The notes under the pieces were generated by a model, which saw nothing but the letters and a program-made list of their open reading frames with translations, ran no database searches and had not been told where the DNA came from. A stretch of 64,000 bases of DNA from an uncultured Desulfospira sp. (GTDB lineage Bacteria > Desulfobacterota > Desulfobacteria > Desulfobacterales > Desulfobacteraceae): assembly GCA_963663165.1 (NCBI GenBank), contig OY760175.1:960001-1024000 (forward strand), given 5' to 3'. Every line of letters starts with the position of its first letter. The stretch's first letter is position 1. This document shows, one piece after another, positions 47,774-58,315 of the stretch. The translations under genes were made by a program, and so were the position numbers.

Positions 47774-48976
47774 ATGTACAAACCCATTGAAATTTCAGAT
47801 GGGATTTACTCTGTTGGATGCCGTGACTGGGACATTAGAGACTTTCACGGCTATTCAACCTATGAGGGCACATCCTATAATGCCTTTCTCGTTCTCGGAG
47901 AAAAAAATATTCTGATAGACACGGTCAAAGAAAAGTATGCCGGTGAACTGCTCTCCAATATCAGCAGAGTGATTGATCCCAAAAAAATTGATATCCTGAT
48001 CAGCAACCACACGGAAATGGACCATTCCGGGGCCATTCCAAGAGTCATGCACGCCATTGGTGAAGACAAGCCCATTTATTGTTCAAAAATGGGGAAAAAG
48101 AACCTGGCCAGCCATTTTAACCGGGAGTACAACTTTCAGGTGGTCGGCTCAGGGGATGAGTTAAAAATCGGGGACCGGACCTTTTCTTTTCTTGAGACAA
48201 GAATGCTCCACTGGCCCGACTCCATGTTTACCTATTATAAAGAAAAAGCCATCCTGTTTTCCAGCGATGCGTTTGGCCAGCATTATGCGGGGGATAAATT
48301 CTTTGATGATGAAATCAAAGATGAAATTGTTCCCCATGCCAGAAAATATTATGCCAATATCCTGCTGCATTTTTCATCACGGGTCCAGGCCCTGCTCAAA
48401 GATGTGGCGGCCATGGAACTTCCCATCAAAATGATCTGCCCGGACCACGGGATTATCTGGCGGGAAGACCCCTCAAAGATCATTGGGCTGTATGACAAAT
48501 GGTCCAAACAGGAACCCACGGCAAAGGCCATTGTAGTTTTTGACACCATGTGGGAAAGCACCGCTAAAATGGCCCGGGCCATTACCAATGGGATTGAGTC
48601 AGAAAACATCACGGTCAGGCTCATGAACACCAGAAAGTGGCACCGAAGTGATATCATGACCGAAGTGGTTGATTCCGGGGCCATTGTGGTGGGATCTCCC
48701 ACACTGAACAATGGTATTTTTCCGGTGATCGCCGATGTCATGACCTATATTAAAGGATTAAAACCCCAAAATAAAATAGCTGCCGCCTTTGGATCTTACG
48801 GATGGAGCGGAGAAGCCGTTAAAATTCTGAATAAAGAATTTCAAGAGATGAAGCTTGATATTGTGGATGACGGTCTCAAGGTTGTTTATGTTCCCGATGA
48901 CCAGGACCTGGAAGCCTGTTTTGATTTAGGGGTTAAGGTGGCCCAGAAATTAAAAGAAAAACTGTCAACTGACTAA
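47774..48976 (+). CDS. fprA: flavodiiron protein (rubredoxin:oxygen/NO oxidoreductase, FprA/Roo)
   Basis: GTSYNAF, NHTEMDHSG, HWPDSM, SSDAFGQH, PDHG, FGSYGWSGEA. Confidence 0.95.
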   Translation: MYKPIEISDGIYSVGCRDWDIRDFHGYSTYEGTSYNAFLVLGEKNILIDTVKEKYAGELLSNISRVIDPKKIDILISNHTEMDHSGAIPRVMHAIGEDKPIYCSKMGKKNLASHFNREYNFQVVGSGDELKIGDRTFSFLETRMLHWPDSMFTYYKEKAILFSSDAFGQHYAGDKFFDDEIKDEIVPHARKYYANILLHFSSRVQALLKDVAAMELPIKMICPDHGIIWREDPSKIIGLYDKWSKQEPTAKAIVVFDTMWESTAKMARAITNGIESENITVRLMNTRKWHRSDIMTEVVDSGAIVVGSPTLNNGIFPVIADVMTYIKGLKPQNKIAAAFGSYGWSGEAVKILNKEFQEMKLDIVDDGLKVVYVPDDQDLEACFDLGVKVAQKLKEKLSTD

Positions 48977-48998
48977 TGTCCGAGCGAACACCCGTACA

Positions 48999-49166
48999 CG
49001 TGTTTGGGCGGCCTGACAGAGGAGCTTTAGCTCACAAAGTTGCCCAGATGCAAGGCGTAACCAAAGGTCAGAAACCAGAAAAAATGGCAACCGGAGCAAC
49101 CTTGCGGTTGTGAGGATTGCCATTTTTTCTGAAACACAGCAGATGGGTGACGTTTCGTTCAAACAC
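48999..49166. repeat. ERIC-like palindromic intergenic element, copy 1
   Basis: GTGTTTGGGCG...TTGCCCAGATGCAAGGCG...CAACCGGAGCA...TGTGAGGATTGC...AACACAGCAGATGGGTGA...CGTTCAAACAC; homologue at 52182-52308. Confidence 0.85.
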
Positions 49167-49183
49167 AAGCAAAGGAGGGGATT

Positions 49184-49654
49184 ATGCCTAATGAGTTCAA
49201 TGCCAAAGATATTTTTGATATAGCGGTGCAGATAGAACAGAACGGTGCTGCATTTTACCGGGCAGCGGCAGACAAAGTGGCCGGTGACGCCAACAAAACC
49301 TTTCTTCTGGATTTAGCCGCCATGGAAGATGACCATGAGCAGACCTTTGCTCAAATGGCCGAATCCCTGACCGGCCAGCAGGACGGTGCCACAGCCTTTG
49401 ATCCCGGCGATGAAAATTCAGCCTATCTGAAAGCCCTGGCAGACACCAGGGTGTTTTTTGAGAAAAAAGAACCGGATTCAGATATGAAAAGCATTCTTGT
49501 GTCAGCCATTCAGGCTGAAAAAGACTCCATTGTCTTTTATCTGGGCATGAAAGAACTTGTTCCGGAAAAACTTGGCAAATCAAAACTTGACGATATTGTC
49601 AAGGAAGAGATGGGGCATATTCGGCTTCTTGCCGGAAACCTTGCCCGTCTTTAA
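49184..49654 (+). CDS. ferritin-like/rubrerythrin-family diiron protein
   Basis: AVQIEQNG..FY, MEDDH, AEKDSIVFY, EEMGH. Confidence 0.9.
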   Translation: MPNEFNAKDIFDIAVQIEQNGAAFYRAAADKVAGDANKTFLLDLAAMEDDHEQTFAQMAESLTGQQDGATAFDPGDENSAYLKALADTRVFFEKKEPDSDMKSILVSAIQAEKDSIVFYLGMKELVPEKLGKSKLDDIVKEEMGHIRLLAGNLARL

Positions 49655-49663
49655 GACTGATTT

Positions 49664-49927
49664 TTATTTCGCCCCCGCTGAAGCAGCATATGCCTGGCGG
49701 GGGTATTTTTTCGCAAAAATGTCAGGGCTGCTCCCTAAAATGTCCTTTCCGCTCCACTTGCAGGCCCTGAAAATCGAGGCCATTTTGTAATACAACTCAT
49801 CACTGGATTTTAAAGCTGCGTAAGAACATGACGGCTGTGAATCCCTTTCAACACTTTGTTTCACCGCGTAACCCGTCATTTTTTCCATCCTGTTAACCTT
49901 GTTGTGTTTTTCTTTCAACCGGTACAT
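49664..49927 (-). CDS. small hypothetical protein
   Basis: ATG behind GAGGA RBS; no recognisable motif. Confidence 0.35.
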   Translation of the reverse strand: MYRLKEKHNKVNRMEKMTGYAVKQSVERDSQPSCSYAALKSSDELYYKMASIFRACKWSGKDILGSSPDIFAKKYPRQAYAASAGAK

Positions 49928-50417
49928 TAGCTTCCTCTTAACTTCAATCGACTGCAGTTAATAAAAAGTAAAGCAACAATAATGCCACAAAATTAGATCG
50001 CTTGCATTGATCGACGATTTACATTCATCGTCTGATGGAAATACAATTGTTTTTATGTTCTGATAAAACTGAATCAGCCTGTTGTCTATTGGTTCAAACC
50101 ATTGCCTGGCGCCCTTATGCCGTTAACGCGCCCGGATATAAACTCAATACGATTAACGTAGATTCCTCCAAAGGCCCTGTGTAATCATGAATCGAGGACA
50201 AGTTGTGGGTTGATTTATCTCTTTTTTGTTTACTTATAAACCTAATCTATTAATTTTTTCAAGTCTAAATTTCCTTTTTTTTGGACAACTTCCCATTTTT
50301 TCGCCATTTTTTCTTAAAGCACCCCCAAAAAATGTCTCCGGCCCGCTTATTTTTTGTCGGCGAAAAATTAAATGGCGATAAAAAAACATCGGCGAAATCC
50401 TCTCCCCTGTATCTGGT

Positions 50418-51548
50418 TCAATTCCCGTCAAATAAGGGTTTGTACTGTTCCAACCCCTGTTCTTCCAGATTCTCCAGGGGCACGAACCTTAAGGCGGCAG
50501 AGTTGATACAATACCTTGTTTTGCCTGGCTCAGGCCCGTCGGAAAAAACATGGCCCAAATGGGAATCGGCCCGGCTGCTTCGAACTTCAGTCCGGGTCAT
50601 AAAAAAAGAACGGTCCTCTTTTTCAATGACCGCATCTTTATCAATGGGCCGGGAAAAGCTTGGCCAGCCCGTCCCCGAATCAAATTTGTCCGTAGAACTG
50701 AACAGGGGCTGGCCTGAAACAATATCAAGGTATACACCCGGTCGTTTGTTGTCCCAGTATTCATTTTCAAAGGCTTTTTCCGTGCCGTTTTCCCGGGTCA
50801 CATGGTATTGAAGGGGGGTCAGTCGTTGTTTTAAATTATCGTCACGGCCCTTTTGATCGTTTTGGGGGGCACCGGGAGACCCTTTAACCGGACAGGCTCC
50901 CCAGGTTCTTTCAATAAACCGGTCTCTTCCCGACCCGAGGCGGTACATTTTATAATGAACCGGATTGGTTTGGTGGTAGTTTTGATGATAATCCTCGGCT
51001 TTGAAAAAATGGTTGAACGGGAGGACCCGGGTGGCCACCTTTGATTCAAACCGACCGGACTCGTCAATTTGCCGGATAAATGCCAGGGCTTTTTCTTTTT
51101 GGACGTTATCATGAACAAAAACCGCCGAGCGGTACTGGCTGCCCCGGTCCACAAAAGAGCCTGAATCATCGGTGGGGTCTATCTGCAGGAACAGGACATC
51201 CAACAGGGTTTCATAGCTGACCACATCCGGATCAAAGGTAACCTGAACCGCTTCAAAGTGGCCGGTGGTCCCTGTGGTGACCTGGCTGTAAGTCGGGTTT
51301 TCCACCTGACCTCCGGTATACCCGGAAACCACCTCAATCACACCGGGAACTTTTTCAAAAGCAGCCTCAACGCACCAGAAACATCCGCCAGCAAAGGTAG
51401 CGGTTTCCATATTTTTATTCATATCCTTATCCTTATTATGATGTTCAACAGGAACATGTCCGGCAGCAATTAACGCGCCGGCTGCCGCCAATAATGTAAA
51501 AATGACGGCCATCCATAACCTGATATTTATTTTGGAGTAGTTTTCCAT
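50418..51548 (-). CDS. msrAB: exported bifunctional methionine sulfoxide reductase MsrA/MsrB
   Basis: [46 protein letters not shown]-terminal hydrophobic segment. Confidence 0.97.
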   Translation of the reverse strand: MENYSKINIRLWMAVIFTLLAAAGALIAAGHVPVEHHNKDKDMNKNMETATFAGGCFWCVEAAFEKVPGVIEVVSGYTGGQVENPTYSQVTTGTTGHFEAVQVTFDPDVVSYETLLDVLFLQIDPTDDSGSFVDRGSQYRSAVFVHDNVQKEKALAFIRQIDESGRFESKVATRVLPFNHFFKAEDYHQNYHQTNPVHYKMYRLGSGRDRFIERTWGACPVKGSPGAPQNDQKGRDDNLKQRLTPLQYHVTRENGTEKAFENEYWDNKRPGVYLDIVSGQPLFSSTDKFDSGTGWPSFSRPIDKDAVIEKEDRSFFMTRTEVRSSRADSHLGHVFSDGPEPGKTRYCINSAALRFVPLENLEEQGLEQYKPLFDGN

Positions 51549-51726
51549 TTTCAGTTCCTCATCCATGGGACATATACCACAATGTAGTGCATGTTATATA
51601 TTTTACAACCATGGCCTAGAAAATATGATTGATTTTTTTTAGTGGTGAAGAGGAACTTATTTAATCAGACTTCCATTGCACGGTAGAACTGCCGCCGAAG
51701 TATGGGAATCTTGCTTGTACATTTAT

Positions 51727-51830
51727 TAATGTATATTGTTGAGACTTGGGATATGGGATATGGGACTTGGGGAGGCCGTGGATGCCGCAATCCCCAGGTC
51801 CCATATCCCAAGTCCCAAGTCCAATTTTTT
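51727..51830 (+). repeat. 104-bp palindromic repeat, copy 2
   Basis: identical to 37682-37785. Confidence 0.9.
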
Positions 51831-51865
51831 GGTCACCGTATTCTTTTATTCCACGGCATTGCCCC

Positions 51866-52060
51866 CTATTCCCTTGGAATTTTAAAAACCATTTCCAGAA
51901 TATTTTCCATAGGACAGAACCTGGTAAAGGCCGACTGGAGCAGGTTCACCCCCACAAAGGCCGTAAACAGAAGCCAGTAAGGGGAATGGACCTGGGACAA
52001 AATCAAGGTTATTAGAATGACGGAGCCGGCAATGGCCCTGATGTAATGTTCCATTTTCAT
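51866..52060 (-). CDS. DUF2892/YgaP-like small membrane protein
   Basis: IRAIAG...FVGVNLLQSAFTRFCP. Confidence 0.85.
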   Translation of the reverse strand: MKMEHYIRAIAGSVILITLILSQVHSPYWLLFTAFVGVNLLQSAFTRFCPMENILEMVFKIPRE

Positions 52061-52181
52061 AAGATTCTCCTCTCGTGTTAGCTATTAGCTGTTAGCCGTC
52101 AGCCATTGGCCGGGCGGCAATGTTCTTAAAGCTATCCACAAATCGCAACGTTATCTATATTATATATGCCCTAATGGGACC

Positions 52182-52308
52182 CGTGTTTGGGCGAAAACTT
52201 GCCCAGATGCAAGGCGCAAGAAAATTTGCAACCGGAGCATACCGCGGTATGTGAGGATTGCAAATTTTCTTGCAACACAGCAGATGGGTGAGTTTTCGTT
52301 CAAACACG
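52182..52308. repeat. ERIC-like palindromic element, copy 2; overlaps the RND gene stop codon
   Basis: terminal IR CGTGTTTG...CAAACACG. Confidence 0.85.
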
Positions 52309-55300
52309 ATATACCGCATAGTAGGTCACCGGTATTACGACCAATGTAAATAAAGTTGATGCAAACAACCCGAATATCAAGGCCCAGGCCAACCCTGAAA
52401 ATACAGGATCAAGGGTAATGGGGGCAGCCCCTATGGCCGTGGTCAGGGCGGTCAATAAAATGGGCCGCATCCGGACCGCCCCGCTTTTTAAGATGGCGGC
52501 CTTGAATTCTTCACCCTGTTTGACCGCATCCTGGACAAATTCGATCAGGACCAGGGAGTTTCGGATCACAATGCCGCCCAAGGCAATCATGCCGATCATG
52601 CTGGTGGCCGTAAAAAAGACCGGATCAGCAAACCCGCCCGAGGCTTGGGTAAACAGGTTCAAAACAAAAAATCCCGGCATAATCCCCAGCACGGTCAACG
52701 GAATGGCCATCATGATCAGCATGGGCATCACATAGGAGCCTGTGTTGATCACCAGGATCAGATAAATTCCCAACAGGGCGGCCGCAAAGGCAAGCCCCAT
52801 ATCCCGAAATACCCTGAGGGTGATCTTCCACTCGCCCTCCCCCGACCATTTGACCCGGGTTCCCGGGGCAACCGGATCGGTTTTAAGTTTTTTCATCATA
52901 TCCAGGACCGCCTCACCAGGGGCCTGTCCCGCCATTTCCCCTGTCACATAAACCACCGGGGCCAGGTTCTTATGATAAATGGGTTTGCAGGTGGTTTTAT
53001 CGGCCACATGGACCAGTTCTGCCAGGGGTATCAGTTTTCCCTGGGCCGACCGGACCGGCATGTGAGATAAGGAAATCAAGTCCGAGCGTTTATTCCTGGG
53101 CATGATCACCCTGACCCAAAGGGGATTTCGTTCATCGGGCACATGGATGCTGGCAGGGGTTATCCCCCCAATGCCGGCCTTCAGCGTATCCAGAATGGTC
53201 CGGGTGTCAATGCCGTGAAGGGCCGCTTTTTCCCGGTCCACCACAATGTCCACCCCGCCGGCATCGTTTTCGGTCATGATGGTCACATCCCTGACCCCGT
53301 CTTCATTCTCCATGATCTGTTTGACCTGGGCGGCGCTGTTGAGCAGCGCCTCATAGGTCTGGTCATGATCGCCGTAAACCTCAGCCACCAGGGTGGACAA
53401 GACCGGCGGCCCCGGCGGCACTTCCACCAGCTGGATATCGGCATGGTTCTTTTGGGCAATCTGTTCAAGATCCTTTCTGATTCTTAATAAAATGGTGTGG
53501 CTTTGCTGGGCACGCAAGGCCTTATCGGCCAGGTTCACCCGGATATCGGCCAGCTGTGCCCCTTTTCGGATAAAGTAATGGCGAACCATGCCGTTAAAAT
53601 CCATGGGAGAGGCAATCCCCGTGTAGGAGACAAAATTTTCCACCTCGTTGACGGTTTTCAGATAATCTTCAAACTCCCGGACAGCCCGGTCCGTGGCCTC
53701 CAGGGATGTGCCTTCGGGCATATCTATAACAATCTGGAATTCATTTTTATTGTCAAAGGGAAGCAGTTTTAAGGGAACCAGCCGGAACACGGCCAGGGCG
53801 CAGGATCCGGCCAGCAGGACCAGTACGGTAACAAACAGCGTGATCCGCATGGCTTTTTTTTCAAGAAACGGGTTCAGGACAGTCCGGTAAAGCCGGAACA
53901 TAAATCCGTTAGTTCCGTTTTTTTCCCCTGGCTTGTTTTTTATATTTTTTAATAACAGGTGAGAAATCCAGGGCACAATGGTCAGGGCGCAAAGGGTTGA
54001 AAAGGTGACGGTCAAGGGAACGTTTATGGCCATGGGGGCCATGTACGGCCCCATCATGCCGCTAATAAAAAAAAGGGGCGTAAAACAGATGATAATGGCA
54101 ATGGTGGACATGATTACCGGGGGCAGCACCTCCTGGACCGCATACAGGGTCGCGGCCATGGGATCCAGCACCTTTGCCCTGATATGGCGCTGGATATTTT
54201 CCACATTGGTAATGGGATCATCCACCACCAGGCCAAGGGACAGAATCAATGCAAACAGGGTCACCCGGTTGATGGTATACCCGAACAAAAAGTTGACAAA
54301 CAAGGCCAGGGAAAAAGAAATGGGCACGGCCAACGCCACCACCAGGGCCTCGCGCCACCCCAGGGTAAAGGCCAGAAGGATCACCACCGAGACAATGGCA
54401 AACCCCAGGGAATTTAACAGTTCATTGACCTTTGTCTGGGCGGTCTTGCCGGTGTTCCGGGTCACCTGGATGTTGACCTGGTCGGGGATAATCGTTTGTT
54501 TTAGTTTTTCCACCTCTTCTAAAATGGCTTTGGACACCTTTACCGCATTGGTTCCCTTTTTTTTGGAAAAGGCCAGGGTCACGGCCGGATAAGATTTGTG
54601 GGGCATGGCTGGTGACTTTTGCTGCACCACATAATTGGAAAATCCGATACGGGTATAGGATTCCACCTCTTTTGGCCCGTCAATAATGGCTGCCACATCC
54701 TCTAGATAAACCGGTCCCGCCTTGCCGCCGGCAACCACCAGCTGCTTCACCTCATCCACCGAGGTCAGAAAGGAGCTGGATGACACCAGAATTTCGTTGT
54801 TGTTTTTGTTGATCCGCCCGGCCTGAACAGAGACATCCGCCCCTTTTAAGGCATTCTCGATATCCTGGACAGAAACCCCAAACCCCTTCATTCTCAAAGG
54901 ATCCAGTTCCACCCGGACCTCGCGCTTTCTGCCCCCGTAAATGGAGGATCGTGAAATATTTTCAAGCCGTGACAGCCTGAACATCACCTCTTCCCCCACC
55001 CGCTCAAGTTCGTGGTCTGAATAAACATCAGAGTACAGGGTCAAGGTCAAAATGGGCACGTCATCAATTTCCACCGGCTTGACCAGCCAGGAGGTGACAA
55101 TGGGGGGCACCCGGTCCTGGTTCATCATGATTTTGTTGTGCAGCTTGAGAATGGAGTCTTCCCGGTCTTCCCCCACAAAGAACCGGACCGTGACCATGGC
55201 CTGTTCCCGGGTGGAAGTGGAATAAACATATTCAACCCCGTCAATTTCCCACAGAATTTGCTCCAATGGAGTGGCCACCAGTTTTTCGATTTCCTCAGGG

Positions 55301-55482
55301 GTTGCCCCGGGCGCATTCACGTAAACATCAGCCATGGGAACCACGATCTGGGGCTCTTCTTCCTTGGGCGTGATGATAACGGAAAACACGCCCAGGCAAA
55401 AGGCAAAGATGATGAGCATAATGGACATCTGGGAACCTAAGAAGACTTTTACGATATTGGAGATTACAGATTGTTTGGCCAT
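52300..55482 (-). CDS. RND permease (AcrB/CzcA family)
   Basis: EEEPQIVVP, INRVTLFALILSLGLVVDD, R.RPILLT, DPVFSGLA. Confidence 0.95.
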   Translation of the reverse strand: MAKQSVISNIVKVFLGSQMSIMLIIFAFCLGVFSVIITPKEEEPQIVVPMADVYVNAPGATPEEIEKLVATPLEQILWEIDGVEYVYSTSTREQAMVTVRFFVGEDREDSILKLHNKIMMNQDRVPPIVTSWLVKPVEIDDVPILTLTLYSDVYSDHELERVGEEVMFRLSRLENISRSSIYGGRKREVRVELDPLRMKGFGVSVQDIENALKGADVSVQAGRINKNNNEILVSSSSFLTSVDEVKQLVVAGGKAGPVYLEDVAAIIDGPKEVESYTRIGFSNYVVQQKSPAMPHKSYPAVTLAFSKKKGTNAVKVSKAILEEVEKLKQTIIPDQVNIQVTRNTGKTAQTKVNELLNSLGFAIVSVVILLAFTLGWREALVVALAVPISFSLALFVNFLFGYTINRVTLFALILSLGLVVDDPITNVENIQRHIRAKVLDPMAATLYAVQEVLPPVIMSTIAIIICFTPLFFISGMMGPYMAPMAINVPLTVTFSTLCALTIVPWISHLLLKNIKNKPGEKNGTNGFMFRLYRTVLNPFLEKKAMRITLFVTVLVLLAGSCALAVFRLVPLKLLPFDNKNEFQIVIDMPEGTSLEATDRAVREFEDYLKTVNEVENFVSYTGIASPMDFNGMVRHYFIRKGAQLADIRVNLADKALRAQQSHTILLRIRKDLEQIAQKNHADIQLVEVPPGPPVLSTLVAEVYGDHDQTYEALLNSAAQVKQIMENEDGVRDVTIMTENDAGGVDIVVDREKAALHGIDTRTILDTLKAGIGGITPASIHVPDERNPLWVRVIMPRNKRSDLISLSHMPVRSAQGKLIPLAELVHVADKTTCKPIYHKNLAPVVYVTGEMAGQAPGEAVLDMMKKLKTDPVAPGTRVKWSGEGEWKITLRVFRDMGLAFAAALLGIYLILVINTGSYVMPMLIMMAIPLTVLGIMPGFFVLNLFTQASGGFADPVFFTATSMIGMIALGGIVIRNSLVLIEFVQDAVKQGEEFKAAILKSGAVRMRPILLTALTTAIGAAPITLDPVFSGLAWALIFGLFASTLFTLVVIPVTYYAVYRV

Positions 55483-55483
55483 T

Positions 55484-56608
55484 TTAATTTTTTCCCCATC
55501 CTATGGTCTCGTCTTTGACCAGGCCGGCCAGGACCTCAACGCCGTCATCAAACGTTTTTCCGGTTTTGACATAGACCCGCTGCCAGGTGTCCTGCTTTTG
55601 AACCAGGACCTGTTCTAACTGTCCGACCTTGATCAGGGCCTGTCTGGGCACCACCAGGGTGGATTCTTTTCCCACTGGAATCAGCAGCCGGCCGAACATG
55701 CCCGGATACACCCCCGGGGTTTCAGGCAGGGCGGCCTTGACCAGAAAGGTCCTTGTGGCCGGATCGGCATAGGGGACGATTTCTTCTACCCTGGCCTGAA
55801 CCGTTTTGTTAACAGTTTCAATACTGACCTGATATTCCCCGCCTAGGGCCACCTTGGCAATGAGTCCCTCCCTGACATTGGCTTCAAGGCGCAGTGCCCC
55901 GCTGGTCTGTATAATCATCAAGGGTTTGCCGGGAACGGCAAGGTCTCCGGGATCGGCCAGCCTTTTGGCCACCACGCCGGATGCCGGGGCTGTGAGGGTG
56001 GCATAATCAATGGAGATGCCGGCTTCCTTGACCACCTGTTCCGACTGACGGACAGCGGCTTTTGCGGTCTGAACCGCGTCCATGGCCTTTTCAAGGCGGG
56101 CTTTTGACTGCAAAAAGGCAGCCTTGTCGATTTCCAGTTTTTGAACCGGAACAATTTGTGCGTCAAATAATTTCTGGGTTCTCTCATAAGCCGCTTTGGC
56201 CTGATCAAGATTGGCCTTTGCCTCGTCCATGGCTTTACGGGTCTGTGAAAGGCTGTTCTGGGCCACACTTAAGCCTTCGTTGGCCTGCTTGCCCCGGGTC
56301 TCAAGCTGGCGGCTGTCCAGCTCAATCAACACCTCACCCTGGCGAACGGTTTTGCCGGGCGTAAAAAGAACTTTGGTGATTTTGGCACTGACCTGGGACT
56401 CAATAACGGATTCAGTTACCGGCCGGATGGTGCCCACAGCCTCATAGGTGTGGGTGACCTGTTTTTCTTTTACTACCCCGGTTTGAGCAGGGGCCTTTTG
56501 ACCGGCTGACGGGCCGTTACCGGAAAACCCGGGCTGGATTTGCCCATTGTCACAGGAACACAAAAAAAACAAAAAAAGAACCAGAACCTTAACCTTTCCA
56601 TTTTTCAT
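55484..56608 (-). CDS. RND periplasmic adaptor (MFP), probable lipoprotein
   Basis: lipobox-like FLCSC, coiled hairpin, LTAPASGVV, DPATRTF, PGMFGR. Confidence 0.92.
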   Translation of the reverse strand: MKNGKVKVLVLFLFFLCSCDNGQIQPGFSGNGPSAGQKAPAQTGVVKEKQVTHTYEAVGTIRPVTESVIESQVSAKITKVLFTPGKTVRQGEVLIELDSRQLETRGKQANEGLSVAQNSLSQTRKAMDEAKANLDQAKAAYERTQKLFDAQIVPVQKLEIDKAAFLQSKARLEKAMDAVQTAKAAVRQSEQVVKEAGISIDYATLTAPASGVVAKRLADPGDLAVPGKPLMIIQTSGALRLEANVREGLIAKVALGGEYQVSIETVNKTVQARVEEIVPYADPATRTFLVKAALPETPGVYPGMFGRLLIPVGKESTLVVPRQALIKVGQLEQVLVQKQDTWQRVYVKTGKTFDDGVEVLAGLVKDETIGWGKN

Positions 56609-56710
56609 GACAACCCACTTTACCTTATGATAAGTTAACATTATAAATAATCACGCCGCCGGGTAAACCTTGCCTTTTTTCCTGATACTCATACTCAATT
56701 TCAAATATAA

Positions 56711-56753
56711 TGCAAAAACTCTGCCGGCAAAACCAAATGGCATGATTCTTGAT
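56711..56753. promoter_or_regulatory. back-to-back sigma54 promoters (RND operon on minus, rubredoxin operon on plus)
   Basis: minus CCGGCAGAGTTTTTGCA (56711-56727); plus TGGCATGATTCTTGAT (56738-56753). Confidence 0.5.
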
Positions 56754-56831
56754 TGATTTTTGATATGGCACCATTCTAACAGCTAACCGCTAATAGCTAA
56801 AAGCTTAAATTTTATAAAAAGGAGGCCCATT

Positions 56832-56996
56832 ATGACCAGCTGGATATGCAACCAATGCGGCTATGCCACTGAAGCCGACACGCCCCCGGAACCATGCCCT
56901 TCATGTAAAAGTTCATGTTCTTTTGTGGACAACACCTGTTATACCCCGGACTGTGCCGGAACCCCTAACGATCCAAGGATCAAAAAGGAAAAATAA
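56832..56996 (+). CDS. rubredoxin-like Cys-rich small protein (54 aa, not in ORF track)
   Basis: MTSWICNQCGYATEADTPPEPCPSCKSSCSFVDNTCYTPDCAGTPNDPRIKKEK; AGGAGG RBS. Confidence 0.85.
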   Translation: MTSWICNQCGYATEADTPPEPCPSCKSSCSFVDNTCYTPDCAGTPNDPRIKKEK

Positions 56997-57114
56997 ATTG
57001 TTCCGGCTCGCAAATTTGAGACAGCCTTGTATTGAAAACACTGATACAAAAGCTGATCCAATTGATACAGGAACCGGCCAGACCGGTTCCCCCTAAATCA
57101 AGAAAGGAAACATC

Positions 57115-57294
57115 ATGGCTGAACCCAAAGACATGTATCAATGCCAGACCGTAAACTGCGGCTATATTTTTAACCCTGACAAGGGCGACCGAAAAGGAAA
57201 AATTGCCAAAGGAACCTCTTTTGACGATCTGCCCGATGACTGGAAATGCCCCATTTGCGGTGCCGGCAAAAAAATGTTCAAACCCCTGGGCTGA
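57115..57294 (+). CDS. type-2 rubredoxin with CxxxxC first motif (59 aa, not in ORF track)
   Basis: [59 protein letters not shown]. Confidence 0.92.
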   Translation: MAEPKDMYQCQTVNCGYIFNPDKGDRKGKIAKGTSFDDLPDDWKCPICGAGKKMFKPLG

Positions 57295-57368
57295 TGCAAC
57301 GCTTTTAACTTGTTACGGTTTGCTTTTAACTCTTTTGATATTAACACCATAAGATTGAATCAGGAGAC

Positions 57369-58205
57369 ATGCTCATGAAATGGATGCAGTTTTTCACACC
57401 GGCCAAATCCCTGGATCCAACCCAGGCCCGATCTTATTTGGCAGACCACCCTCAAGAGGCCTATACCCTCCTGGATGTCAGACAGGAAAAAGAATATAAG
57501 GACGAACACCTGCCCGGTGCCCAGCTCATCCCTTTGCCCCAGTTGGGCGACCGCTTAAATGAACTGGACAAGGAAAAACCGGTCCTGGTGTATTGTGCCA
57601 TTGGCGGGCGCAGCCGGGTGGCGGCCCAAATGCTGGCCGGCAAGGGATTTAGCACTGTTTACAACATGTCCGGCGGCATCAAGGCCTGGCATGGAGACAA
57701 GGCTGTGGGCCTGCCCGACCTTGGCATGGATCTGTTCAACGGCAAAGAGGCACCCGAAGACATCCTAAAAGTCGCCTATTCTTTAGAGCAGGGGCTCAGA
57801 GAATTTTACCTTGAAATGGAAAAAAAGGCCCAAAAGCCTGAGGTAAAAAATCTTTTTGCCAAACTCGCGCAGATCGAGGTCAAACACCAGGAAACCCTGC
57901 TGGCCACCTACAACGATTTGACAGGGGAAAGCAAAAGCCAGGCGGAATTTGAAAGCCTGGTTCAAACCCGGGCCATGGAAGGGGGGCTGACCACCCAGGA
58001 ATACCTGGATCTGTTTAATCCGGACCTAAACCTTGAAGTGGATGTGATCTCTCTGGCCATGTCCATTGAGGCCCAGGCCCTGGACCTGTACCAGCGGGTG
58101 GGATTTTCCGTACAAAACCCTGAGGCGGTATCCGTGATCAATAAAATAGCCAATGAGGAAAAAGCCCACCTGGCATCCTTAGGCAAACTGATGGATACAC
58201 TATAA
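57369..58205 (+). CDS. rhodanese domain fused to ferritin-like domain
   Basis: LLDVRQ..EY...HLPGA, YCAIGGRS; LEQGLREFY...EVKH, IEAQALDLY...EEKAH. Confidence 0.9.
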   Translation: MLMKWMQFFTPAKSLDPTQARSYLADHPQEAYTLLDVRQEKEYKDEHLPGAQLIPLPQLGDRLNELDKEKPVLVYCAIGGRSRVAAQMLAGKGFSTVYNMSGGIKAWHGDKAVGLPDLGMDLFNGKEAPEDILKVAYSLEQGLREFYLEMEKKAQKPEVKNLFAKLAQIEVKHQETLLATYNDLTGESKSQAEFESLVQTRAMEGGLTTQEYLDLFNPDLNLEVDVISLAMSIEAQALDLYQRVGFSVQNPEAVSVINKIANEEKAHLASLGKLMDTL

Positions 58206-58217
58206 CAGCCACGGCGG

Positions 58218-58290
58218 GAATTGGGATATGGGACTTTGGACTTGCGGGAAACGCCGCAATGTATCCCCACATCCCATATCCCTTGTCCCT
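58218..58290 (+). repeat. diverged member of the TGGGATA/TATCCCA palindromic repeat family
   Basis: TTGGGATATGGGACTTTGGACTT...GCCGCAAT...ATCCCATATCCCTTGTCCC. Confidence 0.7.
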
Positions 58291-58315
58291 CATATAAATT
58301 CAAAGGAACCTCAAA

